This document shows positions 48,600 to 59,790 of a stretch of 64,000 nucleotides of DNA, one piece after another; within the stretch, counting starts at the first letter, position 1, and each line of letters begins with the position of its first letter. A program made the position numbers and the translations under genes. Origin of the DNA: Lama glama (taxonomy: Eukaryota); NCBI GenBank assembly GCA_028534125.1, contig CM052819.1, positions 105,958,001-106,022,000 of the forward strand, in the 5' to 3' direction. Under the pieces are notes generated by a model that had not been told where the DNA came from, ran no database searches, and saw only the letters and a list, made by a program, of their open reading frames with translations.

Positions 48600-49760
48600 G
48601 GAGCTCCCTGGAGGGGTCTACCCTGCCCCGTGGGCGTGAGTGTAGGGGCCACGCACGGGCCTCCCCGAGGGCAGCAGAGCGTCCCCTCAACACGCCAGCC
48701 GCGCCTCCAGAAGGGCCGGGCGCCTGGACTCTGACCACGACCCGCTGTGGGACAAGCAAGCTCTCGAGTTCCGACTCCGAGTCCACACCCGAGAGCTCCT
48801 TCCAAGAAGGTCGTGGCCACGTTACCGAGAGGACAGTGCGCCCGGCCAGGCCGACCCCGCGGGTCCCACGCTGAGCCAGGACGAAGGGCCGGCCTGCCGC
48901 CCACGCCCCGAGGCCTGCGGCGGCCAGGCCCGCGGACGGACACTCGGGTGGCCCCCGGCCGCCCCCGCAGACCACGCGGGCCTGAGGCAGCGACCCAGCG
49001 CGGCGGTGGTCCACGCCCTCCGCCCTCCACGTCCCGCGTGACCCCAGCCCCGCGCCCCCCTGACTCCGACCCCGCGCCCTCGCGTCTCCCGCCCTCACCC
49101 TGCGCCGTGGCCGCCGGGAGAAGCAGCAGGAGGAGCGCGGCGCCGCCGAGGGCCAGTCCCCAGCGCGGCGTAGGCGCGCGGACCCCGCCGGACGCCATGG
49201 TGGCTGCGGCCCCGCCGGTCTGTCGGTCGTCGTCGGCCGGACGCGCCCCACCTCGGACCCTGGCCAGGGAGCCTCCGGCCGGAAGAGCCGCGCCGGAAGT
49301 GGGCGGGGCAGCGGCGGGAGAGTGCGCAACAGCGGCCCCGCCCCTCGCCCTCCGGCCCTCCCCGGCCGCTCGAGGTGCCCGCCTCCCGGCGCGGCGGGGC
49401 TCAGCGCGCCTGCGCGGCGGGAAGGCCGTGGGCGGCGGGTGGAGCGGTTGCTGCTCAGTGCGCCTGCGCGGCCCCGAGGCCGTTTCTCTCGGGCGCGCGG
49501 TGGTCCTGGCCCTCGGGGAGTGGAGGTCCTGCGGTCCTTCCTGGGCTGGTCCCGCAGGCCACGCAAAGCCCGCGCGCTCAGTCCCGACCCCCGCCCGGAA
49601 GACCTCCGCCCCGGGTCCCCGCACGCCCGCCACCCCGGGACGCCCCTTCACCTCCGCGGAGTCAGGGCTCCGGCCGGGGGCGGGGTTGGGGCGGGGAGCC
49701 GGTGGGCCGCTGCCGTCTCCCCGTCCTGGGACGGCGTCGAGAACTGATAAAGATACATGA
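48600..49760. promoter_or_regulatory. CpG island / PTTG1IP promoter
   Basis: Tandem ETS CCGGAAG (49279, 49293), GC box (49301-49308), NRF1 GCGCCTGCGC (49406, 49460). Confidence 0.9.
49099..49198 (-). CDS. PTTG1IP: PTTG1IP coding exon 1 (signal peptide MASGGVRAPTPRWGLALGGAALLLLLLPAATAQ + 1 nt)
   Basis: Perfect Kozak gccaccATGG; donor CAGG|gtgagg, phase 1 matches exon 2. Total CDS 531 nt, 176 aa. Confidence 0.93.
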
Positions 49761-52553
49761 TGCGGAAGCCCAGGCGCTTTCGTTGTAAGGTTGTGTTTCC
49801 ATAGCCAAAGTACAGTGGGGTCTTGGGAATGGTACGGGGAGGTCAGAGACCCGTCTCCTAAACTTGCTGGGGTCCCTGACTGTGGCTTCCTGGGCCAGCC
49901 CGGGGCGTCCGTCGCACGGGAGGTGTCTGCCGGTTGGATCTAATTCAAGGCCCCAGCGTCATCTACTGTGTCAGGTTCCACTGCTGTCCCACACCTACCT
50001 CAACCCTCGAAGGAAGGGCTGCTGCAGTGAAATCTGGGCAGTGGGCTCTGCAGTCTAAGATGGAATCTGACGGGCCCCAGGTAAGCAGGTGTAGTCCCGA
50101 CTGACCTCTCAGCATGCAGGGTTCAGCGGGGGGCCCCAAATCTTCCATACTTGCTCTCCCTGAGAGGGCCCCAACCGGTTAGAATTGAACTGGCCCACAA
50201 CACCCAGGACCAGTGTAGAAAGACTTTTCTGAGCCAGGAGGACATGGTTGCCACATATCTGTGCCTCCTTTGATGTGTGGGGACCAAAGGTGGCATCACC
50301 TGGTCCTGCCCCATCACCAGCTGTGGAAAACTGGACCCAGCGGGGTGGGTCTCTGCTGAAGGTCACAGGACCAGGAGAGCGGTGCATCAGTCTGTGAGGC
50401 TGGTGTCCCAACCCTGCCAGTTCCTACCTCCATGACCCTGGCTTAAGTGCCACAGCTCAGCTCACAGCACTGCTGACCATGAGGTCACGGAGTCACACAT
50501 GGAGAGGACCTGAGGGTCGCAGGTCATGCCGAGTGTCAGTGTCCCTGCCATTCCCTCTTAGAACAGACCTGAGCGAGCCAGGTCACGCTGGTGCTGGACC
50601 GTATGCAGGGAAGGAAGCCTGGTCCTACCACGCACAGTGCCTGCATGTCTGTGATATCATATCAATGTGAATGTCACATGTTTTAACAAGCCTGTCTTCA
50701 ACTGAGCACTTAGTCCTTGCAGAGGAACAGTTCCTTCCTGTGTGTGTGAGGCAGCAAAGGGCCCTTGATCGCAGTAAACTGCCCCACCTCTTCCAGTTCA
50801 AATACTTTATATCTCCATTTGGTTTGGACTTTCTGTTATGAAAAAGATGTTTAAAAACTTATTTGCTGTTGGGAACAGAGTACACACCAGCCCAGGCTTA
50901 GAACTCTGGCCCCAGAAAACAACATTTTTTTCATCCTAACAAACACACAACGGCAATTCACTGGTATTTGAAGGATGCTGGACGTTTGTCAACATTGACC
51001 AAGACACAGTGACCCCTACTACACCTTAAGCAGTGCCATCAGCAATGGCATTTTGAAATACAACTGAGTTTTGGGACAATTCGACAACGTGGAAGTTCAA
51101 AAAATATGGAGTAACTAGAGCCCAAGTCCTTTTTTGAAAAGGCAGGAGACAGCATTATTGATTCAACACATTCGATTGTCAAAGATCTTCAGGCTAACCG
51201 GAAAGACCTAAAAGCACACAGGATGAGAAAATATGAACTACAGTGACTTTTCAGAGAAACAGATTGGTTACTCTGTTTGCGATCTAGAATTAAAGGAATG
51301 TATGGTTTTCCCAAGAAGAGCAATGGTTAGGGAATTAGAATGACACAGTTACAATGGTGTCAACCTAGGAGAAATAACTGTCCAGCCTCCGTGCAACAGG
51401 GAGGGCTGTCCACCAGCCTCCCGGACACCGTGGGCTGAGGCGGTCCTGGAACCAGGGCCCCCACCTCAAGAGCGTGCATGTTGGAGTCACGTGCTACACA
51501 CTTTCACTTGAGTTGTTTTTATTTGGTGGTCGACTGTGCCGTTGGATTTTTCATCATTATTAGTTAAAGAATTCCTTCTAGAAAGGCCGGGTAAGAGACT
51601 GAAGCTTCTGCTTGGCAGGTGACATTCTAACCCCCGAGACTGTTAACACCGCGGAGATCTCCTTTTCAGCTCAGCTGAGCAGAGGGAGCACGGAGGGCCT
51701 CAGACCTCTAAGGAGCCTTGAAGGGATCTGGAAAGGTCTGTGGGTGCCCTGAGACAGGCAGGGGTCAGTGGAGCTCTGGGGCAGAGGGAGGGGTGGACTG
51801 AGGCAGAGGGCTGTGCCGACAGGACAAAGCCCATTTTCCACGGTCAGATTAAGGGACGGCACAGAGCGTGCACCCCAGCTACGAGGGATGGCTCCAGTGG
51901 GGCTGCAAACCGGAAGGGCCCCCTGGTCCCTGTCAGGTCGGGCCTCTCAGGGCCCAGGGGTTTGCCCTGGACAGAGACACAGGACAGTCTGCTGCCCACC
52001 GCCTGCGAGCAGTGGTGAGTCTCAAAGCCCTTCCCACGCCAGCCTCAGAGCCCTCTCAGGGACCAGAGGAAGGGGACTCTAGTGACTCTCCACCCACACT
52101 TTGACAAGACAGAAAACTGAGCTTCTTCAGGGTCATGCAGCCAGTGGGAGGTGGGGCTAGACTGGGACCCAGGGGTTCACCCTGGGGGTCCACTCTCCTT
52201 CCTGGTGTCTCAGCCCCACCGGGACAAGGTGGGAAATTTTCCAGAGGATTACTTGAAAACAAGCCGAAATATGTCACAAAAACAGGAAGTGGACTGAGGG
52301 CAACTGACTCTACCGTTCATGTTTCTGGAACCCTCCACTGGGTACCAGCCAGCCCTGGCTCTGCCCAAGAGGATGCAGGTTGGTATCTGGTCTCTCCCAG
52401 ACATCCCTCCCTATATCCAGGCTGTGATTTCCTGGGAATCCCCACGTAGGGGGAGCTGCCTCTGAGCTTCCTCCTGCACACACAGCGCCTGCAGCCCGCA
52501 CCCACAGGATCTCCGTTATGTCCATAGTTAGACCTGCGTCAGCTTGCTTTACT

Positions 52554-52905
52554 GAGCGGTTCTCAAAGTATCGGGTACATCAGAAACACCTGGAGGCCCT
52601 GTCAAAACTGGGATTGCTAGACCCAAGTCGTCCCCAGAGCCTCTGACCCAGCAGGCCTGGGCCCAGGCCCAGGTCTGCGTCTGAGAGATCCGCGGTGAAG
52701 CTGAGCCCGTGGTCTGAACCAGCCTTTGAGAAGCGTGGCTCTGGTCCAGCGGGTCTCAACCCCAGCCGACGTCACCAGAGGCACATCTAGAAGTAGCAAG
52801 GCCGGCATGCCTGTGTGTGCACTCATGCCAGCTGTGAAGTCAGTGCCTGGTGGGCGCGGTTTGTTTAGGGCTCCCCAGGCCGCAGCTGGCTGAGACCTGA
52901 GCTGG
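52554..52905. mobile_element. MER5-type hAT-Charlie fossils (tandem pair)
   Basis: gagcggttctcaaagt..catcagaaacacctggag..ctttgagaa; cagcgggtctcaacc. Confidence 0.6.
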
Positions 52906-53052
52906 GAAGTGCTTACAGCGTGGGCAGGTGAAGGGTCCCAAGTCCCACACAGTAAGAAACCCTCAGGCAGTTAGAATTTAAACCAAGAGTAGGGGCCCAA
53001 AGCCAATGCCTCCACATGTGCCCGTCCATGGGTCTGCAGGGGCCGAGGGTGG

Positions 53053-53705
53053 TGTGATACTGTGCCATAGTGATGGTCTGCATCCGCTCCCGGCGCAGAG
53101 TCCCTAAACCCTTGGAATTTCCTGAGTGCTGAGTGATAAAGGTGTGTCTTTGTTGTTTGTAACAAACCCTTCAACCATGTCTGAGTCTGTTCACAAGTGA
53201 CCTTTGGAAAGCAGCTGTGGACGGGGGCTGGTGGCCAGGGGCACTGTCAGTGCCCTCTGCACCCCCACCTCCCGGGCGAGGAGAGGGGCTGGAGGGAATT
53301 CATCAGTCATGCCTGGTGATGGAGCCTCCATGAAATCCCAAAAGGACAGGCTTCAGGGAGCTCCCAGATGTGAGGAGAGTGGACTCAGACGGCCTGGAAG
53401 CTTATGCCCCTTCCCCACAACCTGCCCTGCGCACCTCTTCATCTGGCTATTCATTTATTATAAAATAAACCAGTAATCTAGTGAGTAAACTGTTTTCCAG
53501 TTCTGTGAGCCGCTCTAGCAAATTAATGGAGTCTCTGATCTCTAGCTGGCGCCTGAGGGATGGGGGCATCTTGTGGGATAAGCCCTCAATCTGTAAGATC
53601 GCCAGGTAGGTGGTGTCAGAATTGAGTCAAATTTGTGGGATGTCCAGTCAGTGTCCTTGGAGAATTGAGTGAATCGCATGCTTCTGCGGGAAAACCGCCT
53701 ATACC
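53053..53705 (+). mobile_element. MER21-like solo LTR
   Basis: tgtgatactgtg..ccctaaacccttggaatttcctgagtg..cctcttcatctggct..gttctgtgagccgctctagcaaattaat. Confidence 0.75.
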
Positions 53706-54443
53706 AGAGGTGGCCCGTTGTCCGGGTTTGCCCAGACTGTGGGGCTCCCCAGGAGAAGGGCCTTCGAGGGTAAAACCAGGATGTCCCAGGCCAACCCGGA
53801 TCGCTGGTCACTGGGATCTGGCTGCCAACAGCGCTCCCACGCCATTCTGATGCCTCCCTTCCCCCTCCAACGTGTGCCCCATGCTTGTGCGGGAGCTCTG
53901 TCCTGAATTCTGGGTCTGGGCTGTGTGCGGGCTCCATCAAGCCCAGTGTTGTTTACAGCACTGAAAGTGGAGCTCACTCCACCCCCTGCCCAGCAGTTCT
54001 GGGGCAGGGGGCTAAGGGACAGTGAGGGCCCACCTGACTGGTGGACTTAGCAGGTCATGTGGGCACTGGGACTGAGCTGGTGAAGAAGAAACTGCTGAAG
54101 TACATGATGGTACCCAATGGAGGCTTCATTAAAATAGGCTAAAACACACCAGCTGCATGTTGGCTCACTGAAATGCACCTGCAGCCTAGAAACAAAAGCC
54201 ACTGAGTGGCGTAGATAAGTGATGGAGGATTTTGACCCTAATCGAGTCTCAAAATCTGCCTTTAAAACAGGAGGTGAATGAGAACACTGCTCGAGCTGGT
54301 GGGTACAGCTTGTGATGTTTCTTCCAGTCCACGGGCTCGGGCTGCTGGAGGGGGAGGCATGCTCCCCAGCTGGAGGTCTGGGGACTGGGGGGCCCAGGCG
54401 TCATGAGAGAACTCCACCCCCAGCTGTAAGAGAGGGAATATGA

Positions 54444-54488
54444 AAAATTTTTTAAAAATGCTTTCCCCAGATACTCAAAAAAAAAAAA
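54444..54488 (+). mobile_element. 45-bp poly(A)-tailed retro-insertion with a 16-bp TSD
   Basis: AAGAGAGGGAATATGA at 54428-54443 and 54489-54504 flanks aaaattttttaaaaatgctttccccagatactc(A)n. Confidence 0.8.
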
Positions 54489-55452
54489 AAGAGAGGGAAT
54501 ATGATTACCGCTGAGTGGGTAGACGTGGATGCAGGGGAAAGACACAGGGACCACACCCAGGGGACCCCAGGTGATGGAGCCGTCTGGGGGAAGGTACCAG
54601 ACTTCCTTGGGCATACCTGTGGGACATGGTGGGGGGACCTTCTGCGTGCAGACCGCACGTGACGATGCGCTGGCCTGCCCGGGGTCCAGACGGGAGGGTC
54701 AAGACCTCACGTGCAGAGCCACCAACATTTACTGGCTGGGAACAGAGGATGACCTGCGGCCCAGCGATGTCTGAAAGCGATTCCGTTTTGTCCCATCTTG
54801 GAAAGATCAAATAAAGCCTGTTTCTTTTCCTAGGCATGGAAGGGGCGCTGCTAATTTGGTCAGAGGTTAATCTTTGGCTATTCTGTTTCAAATTTGATGG
54901 TTTTCGAACAGGGCAGAAATGAGATGCTAGGTGAGTGGTGGGGTGGTGGGGCTGGGAGCGCCTGTGGGCTTTTGGCAGATGGAAGGACGGATGGACGGAC
55001 AGAGAGGCATAAGAACCCTTAGACAGGATGAGAAGCTGCACTGAAGCTTCTGAGACACACGGTGAGGCAGGAGAGCGTGCTCATGTCAGAGCAGCTGTGA
55101 GCAGGTGGAGCAGGGGGGAGGCCAGCCTGAGTGGGAGACAGAGCGCCCCCCTCAGGGGAACAATCAGCAGCGAGAGTTCTTAGCAACTGAGCAGTTGTGG
55201 GCACGGGACACTGTCTGTGAGTCTTGCTCTCAGTTCCGGATCCCATGCTCTCCTTCCTAGTGCACATCATTTATAGTTATACACTGGCGGCGCGGTGGCC
55301 CTTCCGTGTGTGTCCGCAATGGCAGAGAACGTGTAAGCTTTTGCCCACCGTTTTCTCAGTGACTGGCACGAGGGGTCCTCCGTATGTGCTTTTGGAATGA
55401 ATCCACGTTTTTAAATCAAGACTTATGCTGGGAATTTAATAAAGAATTATTT

Positions 55453-55534
55453 GGGGAGGGGAGGGTACAGCTCAGTGGTAGAGTGTGTGCTTAGCATGCA
55501 TGAGGTCCTGGGTTCAATCCTTGGTACCTCCATT
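55453..55534 (+). mobile_element. Camelid tRNA-derived SINE (short-tailed)
   Basis: GGGGAGGGTACAGCTCAGTGGTAGAGTGTGTGCTTAGCATGCATGAGGTCCTGGGTTCAATCC. Confidence 0.85.
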
Positions 55535-55549
55535 AAGAAGAAGAATTGT

Positions 55550-55654
55550 TGTGCTGAACACTGGAATTTGACACAACATTGTAAAATGATTATAAATCAA
55601 TAAAAAATGTTAAAAAATAAATAAATAAATGTCCAAATGTAAAAAAAAAAAAAG
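55550..55654 (+). mobile_element. 5'-truncated young L1 3' end (105 bp) with a 15-bp TSD, inserted at the SINE tail
   Basis: AAGAAGAAGAATTGT at 55535-55549 and 55655-55669; body gacacaacattgtaaaatgattataaatcaataaaaa resembles the cetartiodactyl L1 3' terminus. Confidence 0.8.
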
Positions 55655-56388
55655 AAGAAGAAGAATTGTATACTTTAGGGAAAAAATAAGGGCAAATATC
55701 ACCTGAAAGTGTCTCTATGCTCGTGAATATAGATCCACAAACTGGCGCCCTGCACTCACACCTACCCGCCCCTCAGGTCGGTAACATGCAGGAACGGCGG
55801 CGCTGGTGGGGCTGCAGGGGGCGTTCAACACCAGGATACGGCCCTTTCCCTGGGGCCCGGCCCTCCCCACCCTGACAGGCCCTCGCTGGCCGCACCTGGA
55901 CCCGGGCCCAAACCGAGCCTGCTGAGGCCGGCGGACACTCATGTGTCTTAGTGACCTCGCAGGGACCCCACCACGCATCACACAAGACTGGGCGGCACCT
56001 GGTCACCATGACCTCCAGGTCACCCCAGGAAACAGCACGTGAGAAACACACTCACTTTAAACTCTTCCGCCCAGTACCCAAGAGCAGGTGTAGACAGCCG
56101 AGAGGGTGACAGACACCCGCTTTCCATCCTCCCTGTTCAGGCTCGGCAGCAGGACCCCTGTGGTGGGACTGCCCCGCCACTCCTGTGCCCCCCACCCCCA
56201 TTCTGCAAGCTGCTGGGATGTGGGGCAAGGGCAAGGACAGGGACAGAGAGGGCCTTGCACGGGGAACAGGGGAGGAAGGAGGAAGGAGAACCCTATGCCA
56301 TAGCCCAAAGTCCACGCAGACCTTCTGAGTGTGTGACAAGCAGGGGTGGGGCGCAGGGCCCAGCTCCCATGGACGCGTGTGTGAAAGT

Positions 56389-56394
56389 TTTATT
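56389..56394 (-). terminator. ITGB2 polyadenylation signal AATAAA; 3'UTR about 56370-56807
   Basis: AATAAA about 415 nt after the stop codon. Confidence 0.8.
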
Positions 56395-56807
56395 AACTTG
56401 TTTCTGTACACGAGACTGGAGACAGCATGATCAATGGGATGTCATTTCATGCTCTGATGAGCTCACATATAAATAAATCTGCACTACCTTCCATCAGACT
56501 GCCATGCTAATTTTTACAAAGGAAAACACGTGTCTAACCTCGTAAGATGCAAGCGATTCCTTTTTCAAGGTGCTATAAAAAGTCACGCGTATCAGAGGGA
56601 GGAGGCTGTCCCCTCTGATGGGTCCACACAATCATCCGGCCATATCTGTCATTTTGAGGGCAGAGGGAACAGTGGATTTTTGGTTAATGGCGAAGTTGTC
56701 AAGCGTTGTCAGCTGTGTCGCGGTCGGCCTGCTGCAGGAGACGTGGCTTGGGGATAGTCCCATCCAGGCAGCTGAGAGGCCTTGTCTTCACTCTTCACCA
56801 AGCACCC

Positions 56808-56870
56808 CTAACTCTCAGCAAACTTGGGGTTCATGACTGTGGTGGTGGCGCTCTTGAAAAGGGGGTTGTC
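56808..56870 (-). CDS. ITGB2: Integrin beta-2 (CD18) last exon (DNPLFKSATTTVMNPKFAES*)
   Basis: 63 nt; two NPxF motifs and the TTT motif of the beta-2 tail. Confidence 0.98.
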   Translation of the reverse strand, partial: DNPLFKSATTTVMNPKFAES

Positions 56871-56901
56871 CTGGTAAGGAAAGCAAATGTGACTTAGTGC
56901 A

Positions 56902-56941
56902 GGGGGGCGGGGCGGGGCGGGGCGGGGCGGGGTGGGGTGGG
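56902..56941 (+). repeat. (GGGGC)n/(GGGGT)n pentamer run in the last ITGB2 intron
   Basis: ggggggcggggcggggcggggcggggcggggtggggtggg. Confidence 0.85.
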
Positions 56942-57061
56942 CGGCTTCCCGCAGGCTCTGGTTAGGGGTCAGCTGCCGGACAGCTGGGGGCTGGGGCCAG
57001 GGTGGGGCTGTGCAGGGAGGGAGACGTGGCCGCGTGAGGGCGGGGGGGGGGCAGTGCTCAC

Positions 57062-57228
57062 GTTGTTCCACTGGGACTTGAGCTTCTCCTTCTCGAAGCG
57101 TTTGTACTCCCGGAGGTCACTCAGGTGGGTCAGGACCTTCCAGATGCCCAGCAGGAGGATGCCGATGAGCACGACCCCACCCAGGGTGCCCCCCACGATG
57201 GCAGCGATGTTGGGGCCCATCACACACT
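57062..57228 (-). CDS. ITGB2: ITGB2 transmembrane exon (human exon 15)
   Basis: 167 nt: (E)[55 protein letters not shown]. Confidence 0.98.
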
Positions 57229-59081
57229 CTGAGGCAGGGAGGACACACGGGGCGTCAGGCCCTCCCCGACTCACAGGCCCTCCCCGACTCACAGGCCCCA
57301 GGTGCCCGTCCCAGTCCCCGACAGCATCAGGGCCGCAGACTGGCTCTCAGTAACACGCAGGTGCACAAACCAACCCCCACCCCGGCCCCCGGTCAGGGAA
57401 GGCGCAGAACTGGGCATCATGCAGGCCCTGTGGTTCCAAAAGAAATTTAGAGGCCCCTTGTTTTCAGAGAAAGAAAGGGGGGCCAGGTTGCCAGTAACCA
57501 GGGCGACACAGGGAACAGAAGACAGCGTTCCCTGCCAGGACAACCAATGGCCCACTCACCGGGAGCCACTGAGGCTGAGTCAGTACTTGCAGGAATGTGT
57601 CTGAGGGCCCCCGACACATCTCGTACCAGGGCTTAGGGTCGGGGACTCTACCCATGAAGGCATTCCTGGGGGAGCCAATGGCAGCATGGGGGGATGAATG
57701 GGGTGTGGCCCCAGTGCCGGTGTGGGGGCTGCCCCCAGGCTCCTCCTGAGTGTGGGGCCCCTGGATGGCAGCGCACCCTGCTTGGTCCTGGACGGAGGCA
57801 CCACATTCGATGCGAGCCCCCATCTGCCTGGCTTGCGGGCTCTGGGGTTTGTGGGCGCGCCCCCTCTGTGCTGGCCTTCCCAGGGAGCCTCACTGTCTGC
57901 ACTGAGGTTGAACAACTTAGCCAGGACCTGAACCCAAATCTGCCCGTCAAGTAATCTGAGGAGTGCTGTCCGCCCCAGCAGGCTGAGCTCCGCAGCCCTG
58001 GGGCCACAGGAAGAGCCTGAGCACCACCTGCCTCCTTGGGGGCCCTATGGTGGGTGGGGGGGCTGGGAGCAAGTCTCAGCCCTGCAAGTAGCCCAGGGGG
58101 ACCGCTGTCCCACGTCTGGTGTGGTCACCAGAGAAGCTGGCCTCCCAGCCTGTGTGCCCTGTCCCCCTCAGCCTCTCTGAGGGGTAGGGGGGTCGGCTAC
58201 TGAGAGCTGGTATGTCCACATGTCTCCGGGTGCTGCTTAAACCACTCCCCTCACAGGTCTGTTACCCCAAGTCCCAGTGTCTCATGCACACTTTGTCATT
58301 GTCACCCAATGTACCTCCTTGAAACTGACCTCCTCCCACCCTGGGGGGGGGGCGGCTGAGGATCCTCCACTTGTCACCTCCCCTCCTGATCCCACCCAAA
58401 GTTCCATCCAATAGTTGGCTCTATCTGTGCCATCCCCAGGACCCCAACCGAGCCCTGAATTGCCAGTGGCACTTCACAGGTCTATGTCCAGCTTGTGAAA
58501 GCACCGCTGGCTCTTCTGGACGCCCAGTGGCAGCTTCCTGACCTAAGGCCTCCCAGGAGTCTCAGGGCCCCAGGAAGGGTACAGCCCAGCACCCTCGACC
58601 CTCTCTTCTCGTCTGGTCTCAGCTGCACGGTCTTCCTCAAAGAGACCTTCTGACCTCGGGACAGCTGCTGCCAGGGTCTTTGCCCCACAGAACCTGGCTC
58701 ATGTGTCTCGAGGGGCGGCCAGGGGTGTCCCCACCCCGTGTCATGGGAACTTGTGAAGACTGGCTGGGTCTCTGGGTCCTGGGGCGGAACCGAGCGGCCG
58801 GTGGGCGGCAGCATCCGGGGACACTTGGTGTCACCTCCGAGGGCCCCTCCAAAGCTGGGGCGGGACGCGGGTCCACCGGCCAGGGTGGTCCCGCAGCTCA
58901 GCCCTGGGGGCCTGGCTCCAGGGCTCGAGGCGGTGCCTCCGCGGGAGAGCCGGCCGCCCCGGGGCACGCCGGGCCAGCGAGCGGCGGGGGCGAGCGGTGC
59001 GGCGAGGACCGGTCCCGACCCCGCCCGGCCCAGGCCCCGGCCGCGGAGGGCGCGCTGCGCGCGGGCGGCGCCCCGGCTCAC

Positions 59082-59284
59082 CGCGCGTGTCGTTCACGTG
59101 CAGGTCGTAGTTGTCCCACCCGTCGCGCTGCCGCAGCGTGTAGGTCATCCAGCAGCCCTCGGAGTCGCGCTCCGTGCACTTGCGGCCGGACGCGGGGCTG
59201 GGCAGCAGCTTCGTGTTCCCGCAAGCCTCGCTGCAGTTCTTGGCGAAGGGGCCCGTGCCGAACTTCAGGCACTCGGCGCAGTTG
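59082..59284 (-). CDS. ITGB2: ITGB2 beta-tail domain exon (human exon 14)
   Basis: 203 nt: [22 protein letters not shown]...[30 protein letters not shown]; GT-AG boundaries. Confidence 0.97.
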
Positions 59285-59465
59285 CTGCGGAGGAGCGGGG
59301 CGTGAGCGCGCGGGGCGGGGCTCCCGGGGGCGGGGCTCTGGAGGCGGGGCCTGGCGCGGTGGGGGGGGGCACCCGCCAGAGCCTTGGGCGCGGGGCCTGG
59401 CCTGGCAGCGGCCCTCCCGGGGGCGCGGCGGCGGCGCGAGGCCGGCGGGGCGGCGGGACACTCAC

Positions 59466-59685
59466 GCGTAGCGGCCACAGGGCACCGGGCAGCCCGGGCA
59501 TTCGACGCACAGCGGTGGCTGGTAGTTCCTGTCGCACTGGCACACGTTGCAGCGGCACCGGCCGCGGCCGCTGCACTCGACGCCCTGCAGGTTGAGGCAG
59601 CCCTGCGTGGAGGAGGGGCACTGGCACGCCGAGCCCTCGAAGCCGTCCTTGCACCTGCAGGTGCCGCAGAAGCAGAGCCCCCGTT
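59466..59685 (-). CDS. ITGB2: ITGB2 I-EGF3/4 exon (human exon 13)
   Basis: 220 nt: (K)[72 protein letters not shown]. Confidence 0.97.
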
Positions 59686-59790
59686 CTGGAAGACAGGAGC
59701 CAGCGCCGACTCAGCCCCGCCCGAGCCCCCCACGGGCCCCGCACCCGCCCGGGCCCGGCCCGCGGCTGACGCTCTGTCCCCAGCGCTCAC

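Noticed and set aside
48359-49760. Long overlapping ORFs (430, 357 and 337 aa) at the PTTG1IP promoter
   Set aside because: They are Pro/Arg/Gly/Ala-rich on both strands, as expected from stop-codon scarcity in a CpG island. Only 49099-49198 is real coding sequence.
49953-49971. CTCF-like motif upstream of PTTG1IP (also weak ones near 46735 and 62890)
   Set aside because: Mismatches at core positions make it too weak to call without a PWM score or ChIP data.
50830-51360. AT-rich block with a protein-like frame (…FFEKAGDSIIDSTHSIVKDLQANRKDL…) broken by stop codons
   Set aside because: I could not assign it to any pseudogene, transposase or viral family by eye. A Dfam or BLASTx search is needed; it is most likely an old repeat.
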